The notes under the pieces were generated by a model that was given only the letters and a program-made list of their open reading frames with translations, did not search any database and was not told where the DNA came from. From Podarcis vaucheri (Eukaryota), in NCBI GenBank assembly GCA_965113315.1, contig OZ220374.1: DNA of 64,000 nt. One strand, given 5' to 3'. The translations under genes and the position numbers were made by a program. Numbering within the stretch: position 1 is the stretch's first letter; every line of letters starts with the position of its first letter. Shown one piece after another: positions 1-11,407 of this stretch.

Positions 1-168
1 TTAGGTAACTTCCAGGATGGACTAGTGAAATGTGCCTCATGTAGGTCTCTCCTTGAAATTACTCAGAAGTTACAATAGGTGCGGAATGCTGCAAGCCCAG
101 TGCTGGTGTAAGTACTGGGATCAAACAGCTGCATTGGTTTCCAGCTGTTTCCCAGGCCCAATTAATAA

Positions 169-213
<45 letters not shown>

Positions 214-620
214 ACCCCACCCATCTGCCTTGGATGCACCAGCTACTCTGCATGGCTTCCAACACATAAAAAACATCTCCTGGTTGTCCATAAGTTGAAT
301 GAGGGATGTAATGTGAGGAAAGGTCTTTTGGGTGGTGACTCTGCGTCTGTGAAATGGCCACCCAACTGAGGTGGTGCTCCTTACCACCATTTTATGCTTA
401 CATTTTTGTCAGGCCTTCAGATAAAATCAATTCTGAGTTCCGACACCATTAAGTATGTTTTCAAAAGTATTTATCTTAATTCGTATTTATTTGCTTGTAT
501 GTATTCTGAATTGTCTCATTCTGATATAAACTGCCCTGGGGCCATTTTCATGAAGGCAATAAAGAAATATATTAATAAATTACTATTTGATTGCATAGGA
601 AAATAAATAAAGAAATAAAT
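1..620. mobile_element. Degenerate L2-type LINE fragments with a (TTA)n tail at 169-211
   Basis: 212-270 resembles the L2 3'-end copies at 28766 and 46785. A-rich tail near 600. Confidence 0.5.
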
Positions 621-766
621 TCTAAGTTAAATGATGGCTGTTAACTGCCAGGTATTCTGTTGTATCAGAAAAGTTTGAAATGCAATCTAAAAAGGATTGG
701 GATTGGGAGTAATGAAATTTAGCATTGAAAATGAATTCAATTAAAGTTGACTTCTTCTTGGATGGA

Positions 767-1219
767 TGTCAGGGAACTGACATCAGAGGAAAGGGAGGTG
801 GTAGGGCTCCCAGAGACTGGGAGAGAGTCAGCAGCTAAAGCAGGGACAAGGAGGGGGAGCGAGGGGTCTCTGGAGGAGGATCTCAGTAATGCTGAGAGAG
901 ACGCAGCAGCCCAGGCAGGAAACAGCAGGGGAGAGAAAGGGGTGAGAGACACTTCCAGCGAAAATAGCGGGGAGGTGTCAGAAGCAACTGCAGGGAGACC
1001 CATGCTTCGCCGGAAGCTGCCACGTCGTGAGTCCAGGAGACGCGTTTCCGTTAAGGAACTTCTTTGCTGGAAGCGCTTCCGCAGGCAGCCACTGTCAGAC
1101 TCTACTAGTGACTAGAGCAGACATGTCTGAGGAGCTCTGTCACACACAGAGGTTTGTGGGGCCGCACAAACTCTGAAGGGGCACAATTTTAAGCACAAGC
1201 AGCTAATCATCCCCTGACA
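767..1219 (+). repeat. 5' LTR
   Basis: TG...CA with 8-bp terminal inverted repeat. Matches 5617-6069 except G1085/A5935 by eye. Confidence 0.97.
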
Positions 1220-1221
1220 GC

Positions 1222-1232
1222 AGTCTGACAGT
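1222..1232 (+). promoter_or_regulatory. Self-priming primer-binding site (Tf1-type)
   Basis: AGTCTGACAGT, 2 nt after the 5' LTR, is the exact reverse complement of LTR 1091-1101 (ACTGTCAGACT). No TGG tRNA-type PBS is present. Confidence 0.8.
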
Positions 1233-1264
1233 CTCTGTACGCTGCCTGTGCAGGAGAAAGCATC

Positions 1265-2021
1265 ATGAGCAACCCAGCCGGAACCGGAGGGGCAGGGGTT
1301 GGAGCTGGTCCAAGCTTGGAAGAAAGGTATCAAGCTCTGGAGGTCCAACTTGCGCTGCAGACGGCGAGGCTCGAGGAGAGAAGGGCTCAGGATGCTGACA
1401 AAAAGGGGAGAACCACTCAGTTCCCCAGAAAGGTACCAGGATTGGTGCAGAAGTTTGGGGGGGGCCCCAAGGATTACCATGCCTTTAGGACTGAGATGCA
1501 ATATGCCCTGAATGTGCAGTTTGATGAGTTCCCTGATGAGGAATCGCGAGTTGCTTTCGTAATTGGGCATCTTGAGAAGGGGGCGCGGGACTGGGTTCGA
1601 CCCCTGATGGCAACGCACAACGATATCCTAAAGGACACTATGAAATTCTTTCGTGCAATGGATATCATGTTTTCCAGCGATATTGAGGAAGGGGTGGTGC
1701 GCAGACAGCTAATGGCTTGCAAGCAGGGAAGCAGATCTGTCCGTGAGTACTGGACTGAATTTACCATGCTGATTCACAGATTGGGGTGGGATTTATCGGC
1801 AGCACCCATTCAGATGCTATTTGAAGAAGGAGGGAAAGGGAGCCCGGAAATGCTATCTCTGCCAACAGCCAGGCCACTTTGCCAGAGTCTGCCCCCAGAG
1901 GAAGGAATGGCAAGGGATGGTGGGAGCAGTTGAGGGGGAAGAGCAGGGAGAAACGGAGCAGGTAAAAGCCAACGCCTGGTTGCCAACGTCAGGGCACTGC
2001 AGCCAGGCCAAAGAGCAGTGA
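1265..2021 (+). pseudogene. gag: gag (PEG10/sushi-like capsid plus CCHC knuckle), broken near 1830
   Basis: Capsid-like ORF from ATG 1265 (KFGGGPKDYHAF...RVAFVIGHLEKGARDW...QGSRSVREY). The knuckle CYLCQQPGHFARVC is in a different frame (ORF 1821-2021) directly after FEEG. Confidence 0.9.
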
Positions 2022-2029
2022 AAGTGCCC
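1961..2029 (+). promoter_or_regulatory. Putative -1 ribosomal frameshift signal (slippery heptamer plus pseudoknot)
   Basis: G GTA AAA at 1961-1967. Stem 1: 1974-1983 / 1999-2008. Stem 2: 1992-1998 / 2023-2029. pol is in the -1 frame and open from 1961. Confidence 0.75.
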
Positions 2030-5000
2030 GTGCCAGAAGCTCCTCGACCTGCTCTAGTGATTGAAGTGTCGCTAGAGCTGCAAAATGGACACCCCCTAAA
2101 AATAAAGGCGCTGTTGGACTCAGGCAGCTCCTGCAATTTTATGAGCAAGGAGTTTGCTGCTGAACATCAGATACAGACTATCCCTTTAAGCAACCCCCTG
2201 CAGGTGACCACGATCGATGGCAGGGAACTGTTGGGAGGAGGAGTTAGCTTGCAGACCGTCCCAATGATAATGAGGGTGGCAAGGCACACAGAACTGATAG
2301 CGTTTAATGTGGCCACCTTGGGAGGCGCTCCCATTATTTTGGGAATGAGCTGGCTAGCCTTACATGATCCGCTGGTGGGCTGGCATCAAAGAGTGGTTTC
2401 CTTCGGTTCAGCACATTGCTTAGAACACTGCAGGGGGGAAAAGGGGTCAGCAGGGGCCCAAGCCACCCTAGCAGGGACTGAAGTAATGGGGAAGGGGAAG
2501 GTGCCACCACAGTATGCTGATCTCAGCGACGTGTTCAGCGAGAAGGAAGCTGACCAACTACCCCCGCATAGGCCCTTTGATTGCCAGATCAATTTACTCC
2601 CTGGAGCACAGCTTCCTGTAGGCAAGTTGTATGCCATGTCAGACAGGGAAATGCAGGAGTTGCGAGCGTTCATTGACAAGAACCTGAAGAGAGGCTTCAT
2701 CAGAGAGTCCAAGGCAGCGGGGGGTAGCCCAGTGTTTTTTGTGGATAAAAAAAACACGGACAAGCCGAGGCTGGTATGTGACTTTCGGCGCCTAAATGCA
2801 GTGACAGAGCCGGCGGCTTTTCCTATGCCCAGGATTGATGATATTTTGACCAGGGTGCGAAAAGGAAAGATTTTTACAAAGCTGGACCTAAGGGGGGCGT
2901 ACAACCTGATACGTATAAGGAAAGGGGATGAATGGAAGACCACCATGTTCACCCCTTTGGGGGCATTTGAATACCTCGTTATGCCTTTTGGATTACAAAC
3001 AGGCTCCGCGTGTTTTCAAGCCTTCATGAACCACGTACTGGGGCCTTTGCTCTACAAGAATTGCGTGGCCTTCTTAGATGACGTGTTGGTGTATTCGGAG
3101 AATGAGGAGCAACATGTGAGAGACGTCAGAGAAGTGTTGAGCAGGCTGCAAGCCAACAGACTGTGGGTGAAACTGGAGAAGTGTCAGTTTCATACCAAGG
3201 AGGTGGAATTCCTGGGGTACCGCTTGTCAGACAAGGGGTTGGCCATGGACCCCGGCAAGGTTCAAGCGGTGCTGGAATGGAAAACACCCAAGACCAAGAA
3301 GGATGTGCAGAGGTTCCTAGGGTTTGGAAACTTTTATCGTAAGTTCATCCGAAACTTCGCCCACCTGACGGCGCCCATCACGGACTGTCTCAGCAGTAAA
3401 AAGAAGTTTGTTTGGACGGGGGAGGCGGAGCGAGCGTTTGAGGAACTGAAAAGGGCCTTCGCCTCTGATGAACAACTTCTACATGTGGATTTACAAAAAA
3501 AGCTGAGGGTCGAAACAGACGCTTCTGACAGAGCCATAGGGGCGGTGCTTCTTCTGCAGCCGGGGAAGGAGGGGTCAGAGTGGCGACCGTGTGCCTTCTT
3601 TTCGCGAAAGCTGAACAAATCTGAGAGGAACTACACGGTGTACGACCGGGAACTTCTTGCGATTCATGAGGCCTTCCGGAGATGGAGGCACCTGCTAATT
3701 GGTGCACAACAGAAGGTGCAAGTGTGCACGGACCATAAGAATCTAGAGTATTGGAGAACTGCGCGAGTGCTCAACCAACGGCAGTTGAGATGGGCCCAGG
3801 AGTTCTCCAAATTTAACTTTGAGATTTGTTACGTACCAGGCCCGGAGAACGTTAGGGCGGACGCTCTCTCACGCAAACCTGAATATTTGGAGGGAGAGGG
3901 TGCACCCGAAGAGACCCATGTCATTCCCGAGGACCGCTGGGTGTGTGGGGCGGCATTGGTGGGGCAAAGGGAACTGGTAGAGGGAACGGTGCAGGATGAA
4001 TACGCCCAGGACAAACTCAGGGGTCTCAGGAGGGAGGGAGACAAACCCGGGGGTTTTGAGGAGAGAGATGGGGCGTTGTACTACAAGGGAGCGTTATACA
4101 TACCTGAAGGGGAATTGAGGGAAAAGGTACTCAAGCAACTGCACGATAGCCCCACAGCAGGGCATTTTGGGCAACACAAAACCATGTGGCTGGTTACCAG
4201 GGAATTCTGGTGGCCCAAGGTCAGGGAAGATGTGCGGGAATATGTGAGAGGGTGTGACCGATGCCAACGAGCCAAGGGGGAGAGGCGGGCACCGGCAGGT
4301 TTATTAGAACCACTACCCACGCCGGAAAGGCCATGGGAGGCAGTGGCAATAGATTTCATGACTGATCTGCCCAGGTCCAAAGGGAAAACAGCCATCATGG
4401 TTGTGGTAGACCTGTTAACCAAGATGGCCCACTTTATAGCCTGCTCACATGCGGTCACAGCGGAAGAAACCGCTAAATTGTTTGTGGAAAATGTGTTTAG
4501 GCTGCATGGCGCCCCCTTGAGGGTGGTTTCTGACCGAGGGAAACAATTTACTTCCAGGTTCTGGAGGAAGCTCATGAGCTTATTGCATGTAGAGGTGAAT
4601 TTCTCTACTGCCCGTCATCCAGAAACCAACGGGCAGGCGGAAAGAGCTAATGGTGTCCTCCAGCAATATTTGAGGTGTTATGTGAATGACAGAGAGAATG
4701 ATTGGGTGGAGAAGCTGGCGTTGGCAGAATTTGCCTACAACAATGCAGAGAACGTGTCCACGGGGATGAGCCCTTTTTTGGCTAATCACGGGTGTCATCC
4801 CCGAGCCTTCCCAGGGGGGGAAGGGGAGAACTGGAGCGTTCCAGCCGCAGAACAGTTCGTTGAAGAAATGGAAGCGATCCATCGCCAGCTCTAACTTAAT
4901 TTAAACAGGGCGAAGGAGGAATATAAGAGGCAGGCAGACAAAACCAGAAGGGAAGGGGAAAGCATTAGGGTGGGGGACCAGGTGTGGCTGTCCACCCAAG

Positions 5001-5602
5001 GGTTACCATTTAAAGGAGGTTGTAAGAAGTTAAGACCCAAAAGACTGGGCCCATTTGAAGTCACGCAACAGGTCAACCCAGTGGCTTTCAGACTCCGGTT
5101 ACCGAACCACATGAAGTTGCACCCAGTGTTCCACAGGTCGTTGCTGTCACCGTATATAGGGGACAGAGAGGGGAGGGTCAATAGGGGACCAGCTATGGAG
5201 GAAAAAGAACACAGCTACCATGTAGCGGAGATTCTCGATTCCAGGTGGAAGGGAGAGCAAGTAGAGTATTTGGTAATGTGGGAAGGGGAGCCGGAGTCGG
5301 AAAACACCTGGGTCAGGGCAGAGGATGTAGATGACGAGGTTTTGATTGAAACTTTTCATCAGAGATTCCCTCGTAAACCCCAGCCAGTGGCGAGGTTCCG
5401 GAGGGAATACTTCGCCACCACCGACGAAGAAGAAGAGTTGGAGGGGTTCTCTGATTCCGAGGTGGAGGAGGATTCAGCGAGTCGGAACGAAGACCGATGG
5501 AGGGAAATGTTCGAGACGTCTGAAGATGAAGAGGATTCTTTTCGGGGTTTCAGCTCCTCACCGCCCAGAGGAGAGAGTAGGAGCGGGGGAGAAGGGGGCC
5601 CT

Positions 5603-5616
5603 GGAGGGGAGGTGGA
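5603..5616 (+). promoter_or_regulatory. Polypurine tract
   Basis: GGAGGGGAGGTGGA abuts the TG of the 3' LTR. Confidence 0.85.
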
Positions 5617-6069
5617 TGTCAGGGAACTGACATCAGAGGAAAGGGAGGTGGTAGGGCTCCCAGAGACTGGGAGAGAGTCAGCAGCTAAAGCAGGGACAAG
5701 GAGGGGGAGCGAGGGGTCTCTGGAGGAGGATCTCAGTAATGCTGAGAGAGACGCAGCAGCCCAGGCAGGAAACAGCAGGGGAGAGAAAGGGGTGAGAGAC
5801 ACTTCCAGCGAAAATAGCGGGGAGGTGTCAGAAGCAACTGCAGGGAGACCCATGCTTCGCCGGAAGCTGCCACGTCGTGAGTCCAGGAGACGCGTTTCCG
5901 TTAAGGAACTTCTTTGCTGGAAGCGCTTCCGCAGACAGCCACTGTCAGACTCTACTAGTGACTAGAGCAGACATGTCTGAGGAGCTCTGTCACACACAGA
6001 GGTTTGTGGGGCCGCACAAACTCTGAAGGGGCACAATTTTAAGCACAAGCAGCTAATCATCCCCTGACA
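5617..6069 (+). repeat. 3' LTR
   Basis: Direct repeat of 767-1219, immediately preceded by a purine tract. Confidence 0.97.
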
Positions 6070-6131
6070 ATAGAGAACCATTGTGTTTGTCTAAAGGCTT
6101 TCAGTGTGTATTTCTGAAAGAGTTCTTCCCT

Positions 6132-6716
6132 GTGGTGGACTTGTAAAAGGGCAAAAGAATATTGAAAAATGATATATAATGAATGGGGGGGGGGTTAAGT
6201 ACCTTTCCAAAAAAACCAGAGTCCTTTTTGTTGGGGATAATTCAGAGGGAAATTTCTAGGTGTCAAAAAAGACTATTTATGTATGCTATTACAGCGGCCT
6301 GTCTTTTGTCAGCCCCAAAATGGAAAATGAGTGAGGTCCCAACCAAAGAAGAATGGCAACTTAAACTGGTGGAATACGCGCAGCTTGAAGATTTAACATA
6401 TAGAATAAGAGAACAGGAGGAATGTATGTTTAAAGAAGACTGGAAAATGTTTACGGAATATATGGGTGAAAATTCTGTTTATTTAAAAACGCTGGTAGCA
6501 TTAAGACAAATTCAACAGTGTAAATAAGTTTTGATGGCTGTAACAATGGATTACTGAGTGGTTTAGTTCATGTAAAATACGCAGGGATGTGTGGTATGCA
6601 AAATGAACCACAGAAGAAAAAGAAGGGAAGTCACTGATTTAGGGTTGTTTAAATTGATCTTTTGAAATGTAAATTAGAATATTTAATAAAAATTATATGT
6701 AAAAATAAATAAATAG
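6132..6716 (+). mobile_element. 5'-truncated L1/Tx1-type LINE (ORF2 C-terminus plus 3' UTR)
   Basis: Peptide KKPESFLLGI...LFMYAITAA...PTKEEW is paralogous to ORF 19246-20589. 14-bp TSD AAGAGTTCTTCCCT (6118-6131 / 6717-6730). Confidence 0.88.
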
Positions 6717-8649
6717 AAGAGTTCTTCCCTTCCACCATCTCTTCGCCATCCTATTTGTGAGGTCTATGGATGGAGCAAAAGTTGGGTTCAGACCTATTTC
6801 ACCAGCTATTTTCCCATGCTTCACCCAAGTTTTATTTCCGTTTGCTTTTATTACCATTGCAACCCACCATCGGCACAGGTAAGGTGAAATAAACCAAATC
6901 TCCCGTGCTTCCTATGATTTATTGTTTATTTCTTTGTGCAGAAGAGCCGACTTTGAAGATTGAGCCTAATCCTGAGCACAGTGAAGTCAAAAGTAGCCAT
7001 GCCGGAGTGTGTCCCTTGGAGAAACTACAGAGATAAAACAGAAGGCACACAGCTTTAAAATGCAACCATTAAGAAATAGTTTTGTTTCTTTGGATGAGTT
7101 TTCTATGTAAACAGTTACTGAGGGTCTCATGGTGATATTATGTGAGCAAGCATAGGTGATGAGGAGGCCTACATGATCTCACATAAATAGGAAGCCGGTT
7201 TATGACACAACAGCTCTATAAAGAAACTCTTGATCTGAACTTTGGGATGCTATAAGAATGTACCAAAATAGAAACACTAACGTGATGCAGAGGCAGACAA
7301 AATACAGGGCAACTGATAGCACACAATATGATATCCTAACATGAGGCTAAACAGGGAGGAAATAAGATCTGGACAACATAACAAGCAATGACTAGAGAGC
7401 ATACTGTGCAGACTCCTTCAGAGTTTGTTTACCGTCACTGCAAATAGATACCTGGGAGAATTCACATTGAGCATCAGTGCTACATACTATCTGTGCTATA
7501 ATGGCCAAATGTCATATTTCAGATCCGTGGAATGGCTGTGCTCAACATATCTGACCTTTTGGCACAAGGCTGGGGCAGTGCTGCTTCAGACTCAGAAATA
7601 AATACCTTTTGTTTTTAATGGATTTGATATCTGCTCTCCCTGTGCTCTACCAAATGGCCATCAGCTCTCTAATTCCACTGAAGAAATTGCCTATCTCCAG
7701 ATGTTGTTCCCAGCCCAAGGTCCACTCCACAATGTCTCGTGGAGGTCATGCAGAGATGTTGCTGCAAAAGCCACATGGTTCAGCAGGAGTGTATCCTATG
7801 GGCCATGAACCAATGCAACTTCCTAGCAAGATAATGCAGCTTGGATCACAATGGAGGGATGTGGCTGGTGTGTTAGAGTACCCTATGCTGATTTGTGCCA
7901 GGAATAGATCTGCCCCATGGCAGATGTTAGGCTTAGAGGTGCTACAGTTTATGCAAGTAAACAGATGTCTGGATGGCGGCAGCAGAGGCATCAGGAGGCA
8001 CTAAGAGGAGCAGCAGAAGTATGCACCCCAAAGTTCCTTGGTATCCATGACTATCCTTCATCCGGGAATCTTTCCTCTGTATAACTGCCTATCATTTTTG
8101 AGACAAAAGATCTGTGTCCTTAGACTGGTGGCAACTTGTTCCACAGGCAGGAGAAGGGTCCCTGGGAACTGTGGGATGAAATTACAGCACTGAAACAATG
8201 CAGATGTGTATCTGTTCTAAAAATCTCCACATCGTTTCTGTCAGCACTTCATTCTGGTAATAGGTCAGCCCAATCTATAGCTTTTGCAATGATGTGCAAT
8301 GAAAAAGGTAATTTTTTCAACGGCTTCTCGCTCCTCTTTTCTGATTTTACCAGCAGCAGCTGCCTTTCTTGGCAATGGAATTTTTATTAGAAGCATTTCA
8401 GAATTCCACAACTATATACAAATAAATAAGGATGTTCCAGACTTCCGTGGACTTGTTTTCACTAAGAAATGTGAGATATCCTCCCATCATATAATTGGTG
8501 CTTTAAGATTGCAAGCTACGTTAATAGTGACTGTTAAATCAATTTTTGTTAGAAAATATTTGTTAAATCAAATATTGAAATATAATACTGTGTCATTGGA
8601 TAATATTTGACTTACAGCTGCTAAAGTATAAGGGAAGGACAGAGAAGAA

Positions 8650-9160
8650 TGTAACAAGAGTTCTACTGGACCTTTACTGAGGGTCTAGCTATTTTAGCAT
8701 CCTTTCTCTTGCAGTTGCTGGCCAGAAGCTTCTGGAAAGCCCAGTCTGGGGGGAAAGGCAAGAGAACTCCACTGTTCCATCTTCTAGCAGCTGGAAATTC
8801 AGGTTATACTTTCTCCGGATATAGATGTTCCAGTTAACTGTCATGGCTAAAATCCATTGAATGTCCTCTCCTTTTTGAATTTGTTGAATCCCCTTTTAAA
8901 ACCATCAACACTATTGTTCATCATAATCACATTTTGTAATAGCACATTCTAAAAGTGATTTATGTGTCAAGTGAAGAAATGCTGTCCTGAATTTACTGCC
9001 AGTCATTGGGTAACCATGAGGTTTATGAGAGAGGGACAAAAATAGTTATGTTTATGTTGAACATAGAGCATAAGAGCCCTGCAGGATCCGACCCTTCCTG
9101 TCCACCATCCTGTTTTCACAGTGGCCAGCCAGATGCCTAAGTCTGCTAGCAGGACATGAG
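8650..9160 (-). mobile_element. Degenerate CR1-type LINE 3' fragments
   Basis: CR1-tail-like motifs (cataagagccctg...cacagtggccagccagatgcc), recognised by eye only. Confidence 0.4.
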
Positions 9161-11047
9161 AATCCCACCTTTTAGAATGTGGACATTTCAGAATCCTGAT
9201 CTTCTTGAGTTCTAAAACACGCCAGGCTCCTCTTCTTGGAGTTGCTTGATCCAAAGTCAGTGACACTAAAAGGCCTCCACCCGCATATTGTGGATCTGGG
9301 GCTATCAAAACCCAAGGAGGAAATTAATCGCAACTCCGGGCTCCTGAGACAGGTCAGGACTGTCTGATTTGGCTGCTTCACAGCCCATAAAGTTCACAGA
9401 TCAGCAATTTGTGGAGCCATGTTGCTAACCAGTACTATTTATGCAAATCCTTCTGTTAATAAGTTGTGGTCCATTTAAATCAGACACTTTGCATGTCTTG
9501 TTCCTTTGCTCCTTATCCATGCACAACATGCCTTTCCAAAACACATATTGGAAAGTGTGCCATATAAGATTTGTCATTGCAGAATGGCAGCATCATTTTG
9601 GTAAGCCCAGTATCTCAAGCCAAGCCTAATGCAGTCCACAATCTGAGGCTGCAAATTGCACAGACCTTTAAAAATGTTGCCATTCTGCATTCTGTAATGA
9701 GGAAGCCTCTTGGCTTATTAAAAAGCCATTGTTTTATATGACACAATTTCTGAGATGTATTTATTGTGTGTGGTTTGTGATCTTGTTTTCAGTTAATGTC
9801 TTATTTAGAGTCTTACGTTTTTGCTTTATTTCTCTAAGGTTTTCTTCTAAAAACAACAAGAATGTTTTTTGGGGTGTGTTTTTTTTTTTTTAGTTTTCCC
9901 ACTTCCTGGTTAATTTTGGAGTTTAGCTGGTTTGAAGTTCTGTTTTTATTGTTTGTTTGTGTTGTTGGTTGAGGTGTAGATGGTTGTCTTTTTTTATTGG
10001 ATCATTTAATATGTGGTTCCCATGGCAACTTTTAAGTACATTTTTTCCCTGAGGTTTGAATGATGCTTTGGGGCTTTTCCACTGTGGTCTGGTAATCTTC
10101 ATCAGACTACAACAACATTTCTTTGTGCTTTTTATTTTCCAGGTTTGACTGTCTTTAGTTTCTTAACCCTTATGGTGCTTCCATAAACCTGGCATATGGT
10201 TACACTATTTCTCCTCCTTCTTTCAGATCCAGTAATCCAAAAGCTATAAGTTATCACAACAAAGGGTGCATTAGAAACCATCTGATGTGGCAACATGGAG
10301 TAATATGAAGACTTTGCATTTATAACATGGGTTTTTTTTGCCAGTTTGGGGGGGGGGGTTGTTTTGTAAACCAAGAACCAAAGAGCTAGTTTAGGGATGT
10401 CTAAGAGATTAGTCACACTCACTGTGGCAATCAGGTTCTACATGCTAAAACGGAATATTTGTAGAACATTTATAGAACAACAGAGGACATTTCCCTTACT
10501 AGTTTCAGTATAAATGAAGAATTACGCTCTCCTCATCCCCCGGACTGAAAGGGGTTGCAGTCATTCAGGCTAACCAATTCTCTTGACAGCTACATCCTCC
10601 TCTGTCTGTGGATTCAGAGGATGTCTGAAGGGGCTCTATGTGCGGGTATATCTATGTGCGGGTATGTGCAAAATCCTCTTCTGATGTGCTCCGAAGGCAT
10701 GGGTTGTGGTGGAGCATGGCTGCACACCCGTCAGGAGCAGGGGACAGGGTTAACTCTTTGTGGCCTCCTCACATCTTATTTCCTGACTGGAAAGAGGCAA
10801 ACCCAGGGCAGTGAACTATGCCAAAATGTAGCAGACTATGAGTGGGCACGTGGGGCTGAAAAGATCCTTTGGGTTATTGCCCAGAGCAGCATATGCTAGC
10901 ATTGTATCCTACAGCATACAGTGCAGGATTTAATATTCTGCTAGGCCAGCCTTTGTTTTATGGGGGAAGGATCATTAGCTCAAAGGTAAGCATATGCTAG
11001 CATTGTAGCACACCTTGTAGCATTAGCTCAAAGGTAAGCCATATGTC

Positions 11048-11407
11048 AGGGACGCGGGTGACGCTGTGGGTAAAAGCCTCAGCGCCTAGGGCTTGCCGAT
11101 CGAAAGGTCGGCGGTTCGAATCCCCGCGGCGGGGTGCGCTCCCGCTGCTCGGTCCCAGCGCCTGCCAACCTAGCAGTTTGAAAGCACCCCCGGGTGCAAG
11201 TAGATAAATAGGGACCGCTTACCAGCGGGAAGGTAAACGGCGTTCCGTGTGCTGCGCTGGCTCGCCAGATGCAGCGTTGTCACGCTGGCCACATGACCCG
11301 GAAGTGTCTCCGGACAGCGCTGGCCCCCGGCCTATAGAGTGAGATGGGCGCACAAACCCCAGAGTCTGTCAAGACTGGCCCGTTCGGGCAGGGGTACCTT
11401 TACCTTT
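11048..11407 (+). mobile_element. Sauria SINE, full length, young
   Basis: GGGACGCGGGTG head, B box GGTTCGAATCC, (ACCTTT)n tail, TSD TAAGCCATATGTC (11035-11047 / 11408-11420). Confidence 0.93.

Larger units (their letters stand above)
1961..5965 (+). pseudogene. pol: pol polyprotein (protease, RT, RNase H, integrase, chromodomain, LTR-encoded tail) with one in-frame TAA at 4892-4894
   Basis: LLDSGS; FLDD; ETDASD/TDHKNL/ADALSR; HHCC and D,D,E; GPF motif; chromodomain YHVAEILDSR...YLVMWEG...NTW. ORFs 2018-4894 and 4970-5965 share one frame. Confidence 0.95.
767..6069 (+). mobile_element. Full-length Ty3/Gypsy chromovirus LTR retrotransposon (sushi/Tf1-like), young but disabled
   Basis: Two 453-bp LTRs (TGTCAGGG...CCCTGACA). 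Order gag, PR, RT, RH, IN, chromodomain. Near-TSD ATGGA (762-766) / ATAGA (6070-6074). Confidence 0.97.

Noticed and set aside
747-1115. 122-aa ORF as an independent gene
   Set aside because: It is the 5' LTR copy of the pol tail. Its start codons come from flanking DNA and lie upstream of the predicted TSS.
2386-5853. Several long minus-strand ORFs over pol and the LTR
   Set aside because: Antisense shadows of the pol frame with no recognisable motifs.
1265-5965. Domesticated PEG10/RTL-like host gene
   Set aside because: It retains near-identical LTRs, PBS, PPT and TSD and has inactivating lesions, so it is a recent TE insertion.
11048-11130. tRNA genes (A/B-box sequences here and at 34060, 38150, 58700, 60780)
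   Set aside because: These are SINE heads continuous with SINE bodies and tails.
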